A DNA stretch of 64,000 nt. It comes from Nitrospinaceae bacterium. GTDB lineage: Bacteria; Nitrospinota; Nitrospinia; Nitrospinales; VA-1. Location: contig BQJC01000003.1 in the NCBI GenBank assembly GCA_021604505.1, positions 470,439 to 534,438 on the forward strand, written 5' to 3'. Below are positions 28,959-37,321 of this stretch, piece by piece. Made by a program: the position numbers and the translations under genes. The first letter of the stretch is position 1. The number at the start of each line of letters is the position of its first letter. The notes under the pieces were generated by a model, which saw nothing but the letters and a program-made list of their open reading frames with translations, was not told the DNA's origin and ran no database searches.

Positions 28959-30611
28959 CTACTTTCCTTCAGACGAGGTTTTCATTTGATACGATTGCCT
29001 GGGCAACCCGAAACGCTGCAATCGTTTCTCTTCAATGCGCAAGCGGTCTTCAACGGCATCTCCCACCATGATTTCCGGGGTTAAAAGAATCACCAGTTCG
29101 GATTTTTCGTAAACCGTCGCATCTTCACTGAACAGTTTCCCCAAAATAGGGACCTGCTCCAGGGATGCCATGGACTCTTCCTTAGATCCCTTTTCCGCTC
29201 CCGTCAATCCCCCGACGACAACAGTTTGCCCGTTGCGGGCCAGCACGACATTGTTCGATTCCCGGACATCGACAATCGGCATGCGGTTCGATCCGTCCGG
29301 GGCAACCCTTTCCCCCACTTGCTTCGTGACGCTGGTACGGACACTCATGATCACATTGCCATTGATGTTGATCTGCGGCACAACATCCAGAACCAGACCC
29401 AGAGAAACCGGCTGGGGAATATACTCCCGCTCGGCTCTGGGTTGAGAGTGCGACGTGTCCTGGACAAACACCGTGTCTTGCGTTCCCACTTTTATGACCG
29501 CCCGCTGGTTGTTCAGCGCCATGACTTTCGGGCTGGCAAGGGAACTCACCTCGCCCCGTTCTGCAAGCGCTTTCATGATTTCATCCAACCGCGTATCCGG
29601 ATTTTGAGGGTCACCTCCGTAAGCCTTCGATACCCCGACGCTTTTTCTCGAACCTGAAGAATGGAGTGCATTCAATGCCTTGCCACCGGTCTTCGTTGGA
29701 AATTCACTCCTCTTAACCACCTGGAGGATTCGGGCATGAATGAGCACCTGACGCTGAACAGAGCCTTCCACTTCCTCCAGAAATTCCGCGATTTGCAGTA
29801 AAACCTCCGGAAACGATTTGACGACGATAATCCCTGCCTGCTTGTTGACCGAAAACCAGGCTTGCCCTTCAGAAAAATGATTCACCGCTTTCCCGTCCAT
29901 CGTCTGCGAGTTTGGGAGCTCTTTCAAAGGACTCTCGTTAGCAACCATTTGCCGCATGCCTAAGGTTATCTCTTCCCAAAGATCCGTTTCTTCCGAGGAA
30001 ATGATCTGGCTTGAGCTTCCGGGGGTTCCGTAGTCGATTCTTGCGGTCCCGGGCTCATAGGCTCCGGTTTGCAAAGAAGCCTGCAAACTTCCCGATCCCT
30101 GCCGTCTGGAAATCAGATAATTCAGACGAAACACCCGGGTTTGCATTTCCAAAGGAATCACCTGGATAAACGCTTCGTCAACTTCATATCGCAGATTGAG
30201 GGGAAGTAGCACATGATCCAGCATTTCCTTCAAAGTCACTTCTTTAAGGTTGAGGGTCACTTTCTTGGAAATCACAGGATCGATCATGATGTTCTGATCG
30301 ATTTCCCTGGAAATGGCAAACAGGATGGATTTGACGTCCACGTCTTCAGCGGATAAAGAAAAACGTGGTCCTTTATCGCGGGGTTTTTTGGGAACCAGCT
30401 CGGTCTGAGGCAACGTCAACTCCAATAAAACCTTATCCTCATCCGTTTTTAACGGCTGAGTCGGTGACGCTGGCTGAACTTCGACAAGATTGTCCAGGCG
30501 AGGTTCGGCGTGTTCTTCCCGCAACTCTCCCTGAGAAACACAGGAAGCAATGAGCACGGAAAAAAGAACGATCCAATACTTAAAATTTACCGGATACGAT
30601 CGGGGATCCAT
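28959..30611 (-). CDS. secretin (MshL/GspD/PilQ family), probable lipoprotein
   Basis: 550 aa. It has a lipobox-like LIASC. The secretin C-domain shows LASPKVMALNNQRAVIKVGTQ, LGLVLDVVPQININGNVIMSV, VPILGKLF and SELVILLTPEIM. Confidence 0.85.
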   Translation of the reverse strand: MDPRSYPVNFKYWIVLFSVLIASCVSQGELREEHAEPRLDNLVEVQPASPTQPLKTDEDKVLLELTLPQTELVPKKPRDKGPRFSLSAEDVDVKSILFAISREIDQNIMIDPVISKKVTLNLKEVTLKEMLDHVLLPLNLRYEVDEAFIQVIPLEMQTRVFRLNYLISRRQGSGSLQASLQTGAYEPGTARIDYGTPGSSSQIISSEETDLWEEITLGMRQMVANESPLKELPNSQTMDGKAVNHFSEGQAWFSVNKQAGIIVVKSFPEVLLQIAEFLEEVEGSVQRQVLIHARILQVVKRSEFPTKTGGKALNALHSSGSRKSVGVSKAYGGDPQNPDTRLDEIMKALAERGEVSSLASPKVMALNNQRAVIKVGTQDTVFVQDTSHSQPRAEREYIPQPVSLGLVLDVVPQININGNVIMSVRTSVTKQVGERVAPDGSNRMPIVDVRESNNVVLARNGQTVVVGGLTGAEKGSKEESMASLEQVPILGKLFSEDATVYEKSELVILLTPEIMVGDAVEDRLRIEEKRLQRFGLPRQSYQMKTSSEGK

Positions 30612-30850
30612 GAATTTTATTGATTTAACCTGAATTATTACAAATTTATCTCAAGTTAATATAACGCGAAACCGCACGTAAGTCCAATAAATTATTGATT
30701 TTGCAGAGATAACGGCTCTTTCCCAAGGTGTTCTTTCTTAAAGAAAAAGCTGGGGTCTGGCGACCCTGTTTGAGCCGGCTCCCCAGAATGGGGAATTCGG
30801 AAGGTTTTATCAAGCAATTGTAAATAAAAGCCTTATGGATTTACTGCGGA

Positions 30851-31996
30851 TCAGACGGAGAGTTGGCAAACATCGGCGGCGGATTCGGTTTGTTTGGAGA
30901 CGGGGGATTCCGCTCCATTTTCAGGGTCCTTTTTCACCGCCTGTGGGTAGCGGAAAACCTTGCCTTCGTAGTTCTTAATGATCAGTTCCTTTTCATTGTG
31001 CTCCAAAACCATATTGGGAAGCAATCTCACCTTTCCACCGCCGCCCGGAGTGTCGATCACGAAATAGGGAACGCCCATGCCCGATATGTGGCCCTGAAGG
31101 TCTTTTATGATGTTCAAACCCTTTTCTACCGAAGTGCGAAAATGATCCGTACCGAGCGTCATATCGGCCTGGTAGATGTAATAAGGTTTGACCCTCATTT
31201 TTAATAATTTGAGCATGAGTTCTCGCATCACAACGGAGTTATCGTTGACGCCCTCCAGAAGAACCGTCTGGCTTCCGAGCGGAATCCCGATGTCCGCCAG
31301 CATGTTGCAGGCTTTTTCTACTTCCGGAGTGATCTCAGCCGGGTGGTTGAAATGCATGTTGAAATAAAGCGGATGGTATTTTTTGAGAATGGAGCACAGG
31401 TTTTCGGTGATGCGCTGGGGCAAGGTTCCTGGAACCCGGGTCCCAATACGCAGGATCTCCAGATGCGGGATCGAGCGCAGTTCACCCAAAATTCGGTCCA
31501 GCTCCTTGTCTGGGACCAATAAAGGATCCCCCCCTGACAGGATCACATCTCGAATCTCCGGGTGATTGCGAATATATTCGATGCCCTGACGCAGGGTTTC
31601 TCGGGTGACGATTCCGGGAATCCCTATTTTACGCTTGCGGGTGCAAAACCGGCAGATGATGGGGCAGTGATTGTTGATCATCAGCAAAACCCGGTCCGGG
31701 TAACGGTGCACCAGTTCAGGGACCGGCATATCCCCCTCTTCATTCAACGGATCCGATTCCAACAGTTCTTCTTCGCTTAAAAAGTCATCCAACTCCTCGG
31801 AGGTCGGGACAACCTGTTTCCACATCGGGTCGTTTTGCTCACGGATCTGGTCCCGAAAATAGGAATTGATCCTGATGGGAAAAACTTTGGCCACCTTTCT
31901 GAGTTTTTCCTTGTATTCCTCCGATGTGTCCAGCGGGAAAGGCAGGTCTTCGACTTTAACGACGCTATTGCTCAAAAGTTTTTGCCACTGTTCCAT
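30851..31996 (-). CDS. KamA-family radical SAM aminomutase (lysine 2,3-aminomutase-like; substrate not assignable)
   Basis: 381 aa. It has the radical SAM cluster motif CPIICRFCTRK and the SGGDPL motif. It also has DTPGGGGKV, the PLP-lysine region typical of KamA/EpmB proteins. Confidence 0.85.
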   Translation of the reverse strand: MEQWQKLLSNSVVKVEDLPFPLDTSEEYKEKLRKVAKVFPIRINSYFRDQIREQNDPMWKQVVPTSEELDDFLSEEELLESDPLNEEGDMPVPELVHRYPDRVLLMINNHCPIICRFCTRKRKIGIPGIVTRETLRQGIEYIRNHPEIRDVILSGGDPLLVPDKELDRILGELRSIPHLEILRIGTRVPGTLPQRITENLCSILKKYHPLYFNMHFNHPAEITPEVEKACNMLADIGIPLGSQTVLLEGVNDNSVVMRELMLKLLKMRVKPYYIYQADMTLGTDHFRTSVEKGLNIIKDLQGHISGMGVPYFVIDTPGGGGKVRLLPNMVLEHNEKELIIKNYEGKVFRYPQAVKKDPENGAESPVSKQTESAADVCQLSV

Positions 31997-32005
31997 GTTG
32001 ACCCT

Positions 32006-32254
32006 TTATTTTTGGGATGTATTGACCGCATAGGTTTGCTTCAAATAATCGATGATCTCATACTCATCATCAAAAATTTTTTCACCGTCGACGAGCACGG
32101 GAACCGTGTATTGACCGGATACCTGGTAGACTTCCTGTCGCTGAAATTGCGGCCAGGGGACATCTATTTTTTCATATTGCAATTTCAATTCCTGAAGGAC
32201 ATTTCTTACCATGGCGCAATAACCGCACCCGTCAATATTGTATAGCTTGATCAT
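32006..32254 (-). CDS. glutaredoxin/thioredoxin-fold small protein
   Basis: 82 aa. It has a CGYC redox motif near the N-terminus and a cis-Pro region (TVPVLVDGEKIFDD). Confidence 0.7.
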   Translation of the reverse strand: MIKLYNIDGCGYCAMVRNVLQELKLQYEKIDVPWPQFQRQEVYQVSGQYTVPVLVDGEKIFDDEYEIIDYLKQTYAVNTSQK

Positions 32255-32295
32255 GAGAACCTTCTTATTCTTACTGGACTGATATCGCCCATTCT

Positions 32296-33711
32296 TTAAT
32301 TTTTCACGGCACAGGGAACCATGATGGCGTCCGACATGCCGTGAATTTTCTTTTTATCGTGCGGACATAAAGTCGCAAGAATTCCACCCAGATGCGGGGT
32401 TTTCTTAACCACAAAATAATACGGGGTCAGTCGCACCCGGCTTTTCATTTCCAGCGTTTCACCGCTCTTAGGGTGAAAATAAGAACCCGCAACTGTTTTT
32501 CCTTTATGAAACTCCTGCAAGACCGAGGGATGATGCGGAAATTCCGCCAACCTGTTTTCCAAAGTCTCCCGCCATTCCGCACTGGAGACATCGTGACCGA
32601 CAACCACTCCGCGGCTTCCCCAGGAATCGGGAGAAAATCCGGAGGGTTTGACCACCAACTCTCTTTCTTTCTGGCTGAGGGGGAATAGTTCCCGCCAATC
32701 CTGAACCGCGGTTCGGCCAACAACCAATCCAGGGATGACACCATGAGGCGGCATTTCGCGATTGTCGAGGACCCATGTTTTGGGAATTAGATGAGATAGA
32801 CTTACAAAAGTTTCGGGTCCCAATGCATTTTTCCACAAAGCGGTCAGCGCAGGATGATGAAACAACGCAAAACTTAGCTTTTCCTCCAAAAACGGCTTGT
32901 AAGGGGGCGTGGTCTTGACCCCTCCTTTTTTATTGCTATACAAAAACAGCTCGGATTTAGGAATATTTTTGAGATCGAACAGCTCAAAAAATCGATAGAC
33001 CACATCCAGACGGATCTCCCGGTCTCCATCGCGTACGAATAATCCTTCTTCCCTAAACAGAACCTCGCGTGGATGAACCGTATAGACAGGATGTCCCTGC
33101 TGTTTCAGTCGATCCGTGAGGAAAATCATTTCACTCCGGTAGTCGTCCGCTTCATCGGAAACGATGATCCCCAAAGCGGCATTTGGCACTCCAGCCACAT
33201 CTTCGGCCATTTTATAAAACAGCTCAGCGATACCGCCGTTTTCCTGACCGACGATGCTTTTTCCATCCTTTTGGTAAAGCGACATCAATTGCGCCGTCAA
33301 ACCAAATCCCCCCGGAACGGAATCGAGTTCCGTCACAGCAAACCCATCTTCCGTAACCATTAAATCGGGTCGGATGATTCCTGGAAGGGCGTTTTTAAAC
33401 CGCTTCATCCGCGCATTTTCTATCAGATGCGGAGGTTTCCCGGCATCCAGGTATTCGGCGATCCAGCCAGGCAGTTTTCCCTTCGCACTGTCAAAATAAA
33501 ATTGATTGAGAACCGTATAAAATTTGAGAAGCTGGTGGCCCAACTGGTCAATGAAGTCCAGTTCTTTCGGGGAAAGAAAATAGGGTTCAATAGAAATCCG
33601 CCAGGTATTTTCCCCGCCGCTTCCATTGCCATCCACCGAATACAAGCCGGCGCCTGAGAGGGAGGTCGCAATTTCAGAATAAATGTCTTCTTGTGTGGCT
33701 GTCATCCGCAT
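32296..33711 (-). CDS. uncharacterised 471-aa protein; possibly a circularly permuted ATP-grasp-type amidoligase
   Basis: First gene of the KamA cassette. The only motif-like segment is IIRPDLMVTEDGFAVTELDSVPGGFGL near residue 115. It resembles the catalytic E-x-(N/D)..P-G strand of ATP-grasp enzymes, placed N-terminally. The assignment is tentative. Confidence 0.35.
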   Translation of the reverse strand: MRMTATQEDIYSEIATSLSGAGLYSVDGNGSGGENTWRISIEPYFLSPKELDFIDQLGHQLLKFYTVLNQFYFDSAKGKLPGWIAEYLDAGKPPHLIENARMKRFKNALPGIIRPDLMVTEDGFAVTELDSVPGGFGLTAQLMSLYQKDGKSIVGQENGGIAELFYKMAEDVAGVPNAALGIIVSDEADDYRSEMIFLTDRLKQQGHPVYTVHPREVLFREEGLFVRDGDREIRLDVVYRFFELFDLKNIPKSELFLYSNKKGGVKTTPPYKPFLEEKLSFALFHHPALTALWKNALGPETFVSLSHLIPKTWVLDNREMPPHGVIPGLVVGRTAVQDWRELFPLSQKERELVVKPSGFSPDSWGSRGVVVGHDVSSAEWRETLENRLAEFPHHPSVLQEFHKGKTVAGSYFHPKSGETLEMKSRVRLTPYYFVVKKTPHLGGILATLCPHDKKKIHGMSDAIMVPCAVKN

Positions 33712-33911
33712 TCAAAGGTAAAATAATCCGGGAAAATCAAAAATCGCGTCAAAACCAGTGATCTGTATGAATTTAGATGCATTTCGCCCGATAAAGTTTT
33801 ATCGTAGGCGCCAGCACACACAGTTAACATCCCAACTTGGGATTTTTCAGAACCCCTCAAAGCTTTAATACTACTATTAATACCGTAATGAACTAAGAAA
33901 AAAATCGAACC

Positions 33912-34604
33912 ATGGAAACCGAAAACAACCCATCAAATGACGGGGACCAGATTCCCCTGTTTCCCTTACCGGCAACCGTATTTTATCCTAACACCCATTT
34001 ACCGCTTCATATTTTCGAACCCCGGTACCGTCAGATGGTTGCCGATGCTCTCGAAGGCGGCCAAAAAATCGGCATGGTGCTTCTGCAACCAGGGTGGGAG
34101 GCGAATTATTTTGCCGCGCCTCCAATCGCATCCGTAGGGTGCGTGGGTGAAATCGAACAGCACATTCGTTTGGAAGATGGAAAATACAATATGGTCCTTG
34201 TGGGACTGCACCGGATTCAAATTATCCAGGAGTTTGACGGAAAACCTTATCGCCGCGCAAAAGTTGAACTTCTCAAGGAAATCAATGACCAGACTCTCAG
34301 TGCCGACTCCCATCCACTGAAAGACAAATTGATCGAACACTGCCATCAATTTCTGCGTCTATTGCCTTCTGGAGAAAAGCTTCAAAGAGAAATGGATTTG
34401 AATCGCTGCCAAACCCTGAGCCATCTGGTCGACCAGATCGCCTATCGGTTGAACCTGACCGTGGAACAAAAGCAAAAATTACTCGAAGAACGCGATGTCC
34501 TCCGCCGGACCGATGAAATTCATGCGGCCTTAAAAATGAAAATCGACCTGATGAACCTTTCCAGGATGCAAAAGCGGCCCGATACCGATTGGAATCTGAA
34601 TTGA
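33912..34604 (+). CDS. LON substrate-binding (Lon N-terminal) domain protein
   Basis: 230 aa. Motifs present: IPLFPLPATVFYPNTHLPLHIFEPRYRQMV and GCVGEI...DGKYNMVLVGLHR. Confidence 0.8.
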   Translation: METENNPSNDGDQIPLFPLPATVFYPNTHLPLHIFEPRYRQMVADALEGGQKIGMVLLQPGWEANYFAAPPIASVGCVGEIEQHIRLEDGKYNMVLVGLHRIQIIQEFDGKPYRRAKVELLKEINDQTLSADSHPLKDKLIEHCHQFLRLLPSGEKLQREMDLNRCQTLSHLVDQIAYRLNLTVEQKQKLLEERDVLRRTDEIHAALKMKIDLMNLSRMQKRPDTDWNLN

Positions 34605-34622
34605 AATTTCACTCGCCAAAGA

Positions 34623-35498
34623 TCACGCAGAATTAAAACGGTGATGAAAAATTTTCCAGGCCTGGATCCCCAGCAGATAAATATTCCCCAGCAGAACCAT
34701 CCATAAACCCATCGCCAGGTCATCCAGCAGGGAAAAAATCACCAGGATCATATTATTGGTGCACAGGCACAAAGGGCTGATCCAGGTTAAAAAACGCTTG
34801 TCGAGATACCAGTTTTTTTGATCGTCAGGTCGATTTGTCACTCCCGCCAGGGTTTGGCTGAACCCGTCAAAAATTTCGATGGCGCGATCCTGCCACCCGT
34901 AAAGCCACACATGCAGGCGTTGCATCCATAAAATGCCAGCTTCAGATTCTCCCCGCGAGCTTAACCGCTGATCCTCCTCGGTAATATCTTCCCGCACCCG
35001 GTTCATTCGATAAGTGCCCACCGTTGCGGTGTAGCTGACCAGATAAAACACAAAATACGAGCAATGAAATAAACCGCTCAACAGGGCGAAACCTCCGATG
35101 ACCCAGAACAACGGTTCTTGCGATTCCTGAAACAGGTGGCAGGTGATCGCCCCATAAACCGCAAACGTCACCCAAAAATCGGTGAGCGAATCGAAAAACC
35201 GCCCGACTCTGGAAACCTCGCCGCGAACTCTAGCCAGATTACCGTCTACATTATCGAGAAAAATTTTACCGTAAAGAAAAACCGCGGCCCAGACCAGTCC
35301 ATCGCGAAAATCGGACAAATAAAAGCCCGCGGCGGCAAGCCCCATCACCAGTGACAATAACGTGATCTGATTGGCGGTAACAGGTGAGGGGTACAATGCC
35401 CGGATCGCCCAGCGGTTGAAAAAATACCAGATTTCATTGAAATCGAAAAACCGGTCGCCGGGCGGCAACTTATACATTTTCTCTAAATTGAAAGACAT
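34623..35498 (-). CDS. CDP-alcohol phosphatidyltransferase family protein
   Basis: 291 aa and polytopic. It carries an exact signature, DNVDGNLARVRGEVSRVGRFFDSLTD (D-x2-DG-x2-AR-x8-G-x3-D-x3-D). Confidence 0.85.
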   Translation of the reverse strand: MSFNLEKMYKLPPGDRFFDFNEIWYFFNRWAIRALYPSPVTANQITLLSLVMGLAAAGFYLSDFRDGLVWAAVFLYGKIFLDNVDGNLARVRGEVSRVGRFFDSLTDFWVTFAVYGAITCHLFQESQEPLFWVIGGFALLSGLFHCSYFVFYLVSYTATVGTYRMNRVREDITEEDQRLSSRGESEAGILWMQRLHVWLYGWQDRAIEIFDGFSQTLAGVTNRPDDQKNWYLDKRFLTWISPLCLCTNNMILVIFSLLDDLAMGLWMVLLGNIYLLGIQAWKIFHHRFNSA

Positions 35499-35515
35499 GG
35501 TCTATCGGGAGTGGC

Positions 35516-37231
35516 TTAGCAAATCCCGCAAATCTTGCAGGTGGCGGTTTCACACAGAGGCGTGTGTTTTTGCCTGAGTCCTCTTTGATAATCCTGCCAG
35601 AGGAATTTATTGAAATATCCGTGATCGATGATGTCCCAGGGCAGGCAGTCATCCCGTTCAAATTGACGGTAAACGGCCGCATCCACAGGGTCACGAAATT
35701 GATGGAGAGCTGATTTTGAATCGTGGTCGTTCTCGAGATAGTATTTAAAAAAATCTTTTACGCGGCGATCGCCCCGGGAAAGATAGGTTTGCAGATACGC
35801 CTCATTAGGCGACCCAAAGCTCATCTTAATGTGAGGAATTTTCCCCAGCGCCTTGCGCACCTTGAGAAACTTTTTCTTCAAGCTCCCGACCCGTTCCATG
35901 GGGTGCCATTGAAACGGGGTGCCCGGCTTGGGAACCAGGGGGCTGAGACCGATGGTTACGTTGCCGATGTTCCCGCGCTTGCTGCAGGCGCTCACATAGG
36001 CTTCCATAACGTTCTGAACCAGAGTGATGAACGCTTCGATGTCTTCATCTTCCTCGCCCGGCAAACCGATGATGGAATAAATTTTTAAATGCAGGATTCC
36101 TTTCTCGGTCAGGAACCGGCATTTTTCAATGATGAATTCGTCGGTGGCGGCTTTGTTGATCACGTCACGCATACGCTCGGACGGACCATCGACCGCCACG
36201 GTCAGGGTTTTCTGCCCGCTTTTCAGGATCAAGTCCACCAGTTCATCATTGAGGGTTTCCATCCTCAGCGACGAAAAGGAAAGCTTTTTTCCCTGCTCGG
36301 TGATCCTCTTAGCCAGTGCGGTCAAATCCGGGTGATCGGTCACCGAAGGGCCGACAAGCCCAATCGTCGAGGCCGAGTTTCCCGATTTGTCCAGGGCGCT
36401 TTCCAGGGATTGGTAAGTGAGATTCAAGTCGGGCAACCGGGGGGGACGATAGATAAACCCCGCCGTACAGAAGCGGCAGGCCCATATGCATCCGCGCGTG
36501 ACTTCCATCAAGGCCATGTCCTTGAAGGTCGAGACCTCATCGTGGATTTCCGAATGCGTGCACAGCTCTGCGGTTTTTTCCGTCCAATGCCTCTCGATCC
36601 GTGCCGGCACCAAAGGATCGGCTGAAAACCCGGCAAATTCACCATTTTCGTAATGCGGCTGATAAAACCGGGGAACATAGATTCCCGGCAGGGTAGCGGC
36701 TTCAGGAAGCAGTTCGCGGGAATCCTGCCATTGACTTGTTGCAAACAGTTTGAAAAATTGTTCCGCCAGACCTTCGCCCTCGCCGATAAAAAAGGCATCG
36801 ACAATATCGGCTAACGGTTCGGGATTTATAAATACCGCGGACCCTCCAGCCAGGATCAGGGGATAATCAGGCCCTCTTTGTTCGCGCTCCAGAGGGATGT
36901 TAAAATACTTCAACAGGGCGGCGGAATTAAGATAGTCCGGCTCAAAGGAAATCGAGAAAGCGATCATATCGAAATCCTCAGGCTTTAAACCCCATTCGTG
37001 CGATAACAATTCATGCGGCTTCAGACTTTCGACCTCCGGGCTCCAGACTTCCGGCAAACTGAACCGATCGCACTCCACACCATCGATCTGGTTCAAAAGG
37101 GTGTGAACCCTCTGAAAACCCAGGTTGGCCAGAGCCACCTCCGACGTGTTGGGGTAAACCAGAAGAACCTTAATCGGTCGCACCACCGTCTTATTTTCTA
37201 TAGAATGGGAAGCCGTTTGGATAACTGTCAT
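35516..37231 (-). CDS. B12-binding-domain radical SAM protein (resembles the uncharacterised TIGR03960-type family)
   Basis: 571 aa. The N-terminus is Rossmann-like (KVLLVYPNTSEVALANLGFQRVHTLLN). The radical SAM motif is MEVTRGCIWACRFCTAG. An extra C-terminal Cys cluster reads CETATCKICGIC. Confidence 0.75.
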   Translation of the reverse strand: MTVIQTASHSIENKTVVRPIKVLLVYPNTSEVALANLGFQRVHTLLNQIDGVECDRFSLPEVWSPEVESLKPHELLSHEWGLKPEDFDMIAFSISFEPDYLNSAALLKYFNIPLEREQRGPDYPLILAGGSAVFINPEPLADIVDAFFIGEGEGLAEQFFKLFATSQWQDSRELLPEAATLPGIYVPRFYQPHYENGEFAGFSADPLVPARIERHWTEKTAELCTHSEIHDEVSTFKDMALMEVTRGCIWACRFCTAGFIYRPPRLPDLNLTYQSLESALDKSGNSASTIGLVGPSVTDHPDLTALAKRITEQGKKLSFSSLRMETLNDELVDLILKSGQKTLTVAVDGPSERMRDVINKAATDEFIIEKCRFLTEKGILHLKIYSIIGLPGEEDEDIEAFITLVQNVMEAYVSACSKRGNIGNVTIGLSPLVPKPGTPFQWHPMERVGSLKKKFLKVRKALGKIPHIKMSFGSPNEAYLQTYLSRGDRRVKDFFKYYLENDHDSKSALHQFRDPVDAAVYRQFERDDCLPWDIIDHGYFNKFLWQDYQRGLRQKHTPLCETATCKICGIC

Positions 37232-37321
37232 CAGCGCCTTTAGATGTCTACTTCGTTTTCATGGATCGTACAAAATATAATACCCCAGTTCCTAAAATAG
37301 AGCCACGATCCCTTTAAAATA

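Noticed and set aside
33781-33805. CCCGATAA upstream of the Lon-N gene, resembling a sigma-28 -10 element (GCCGATAA).
   Set aside because: There is no TAAA-type -35 element at the required ~15-nt spacing. The motif is part of a small local palindrome (CGATAAAgtTTTATCG), and the downstream gene is not flagellar.
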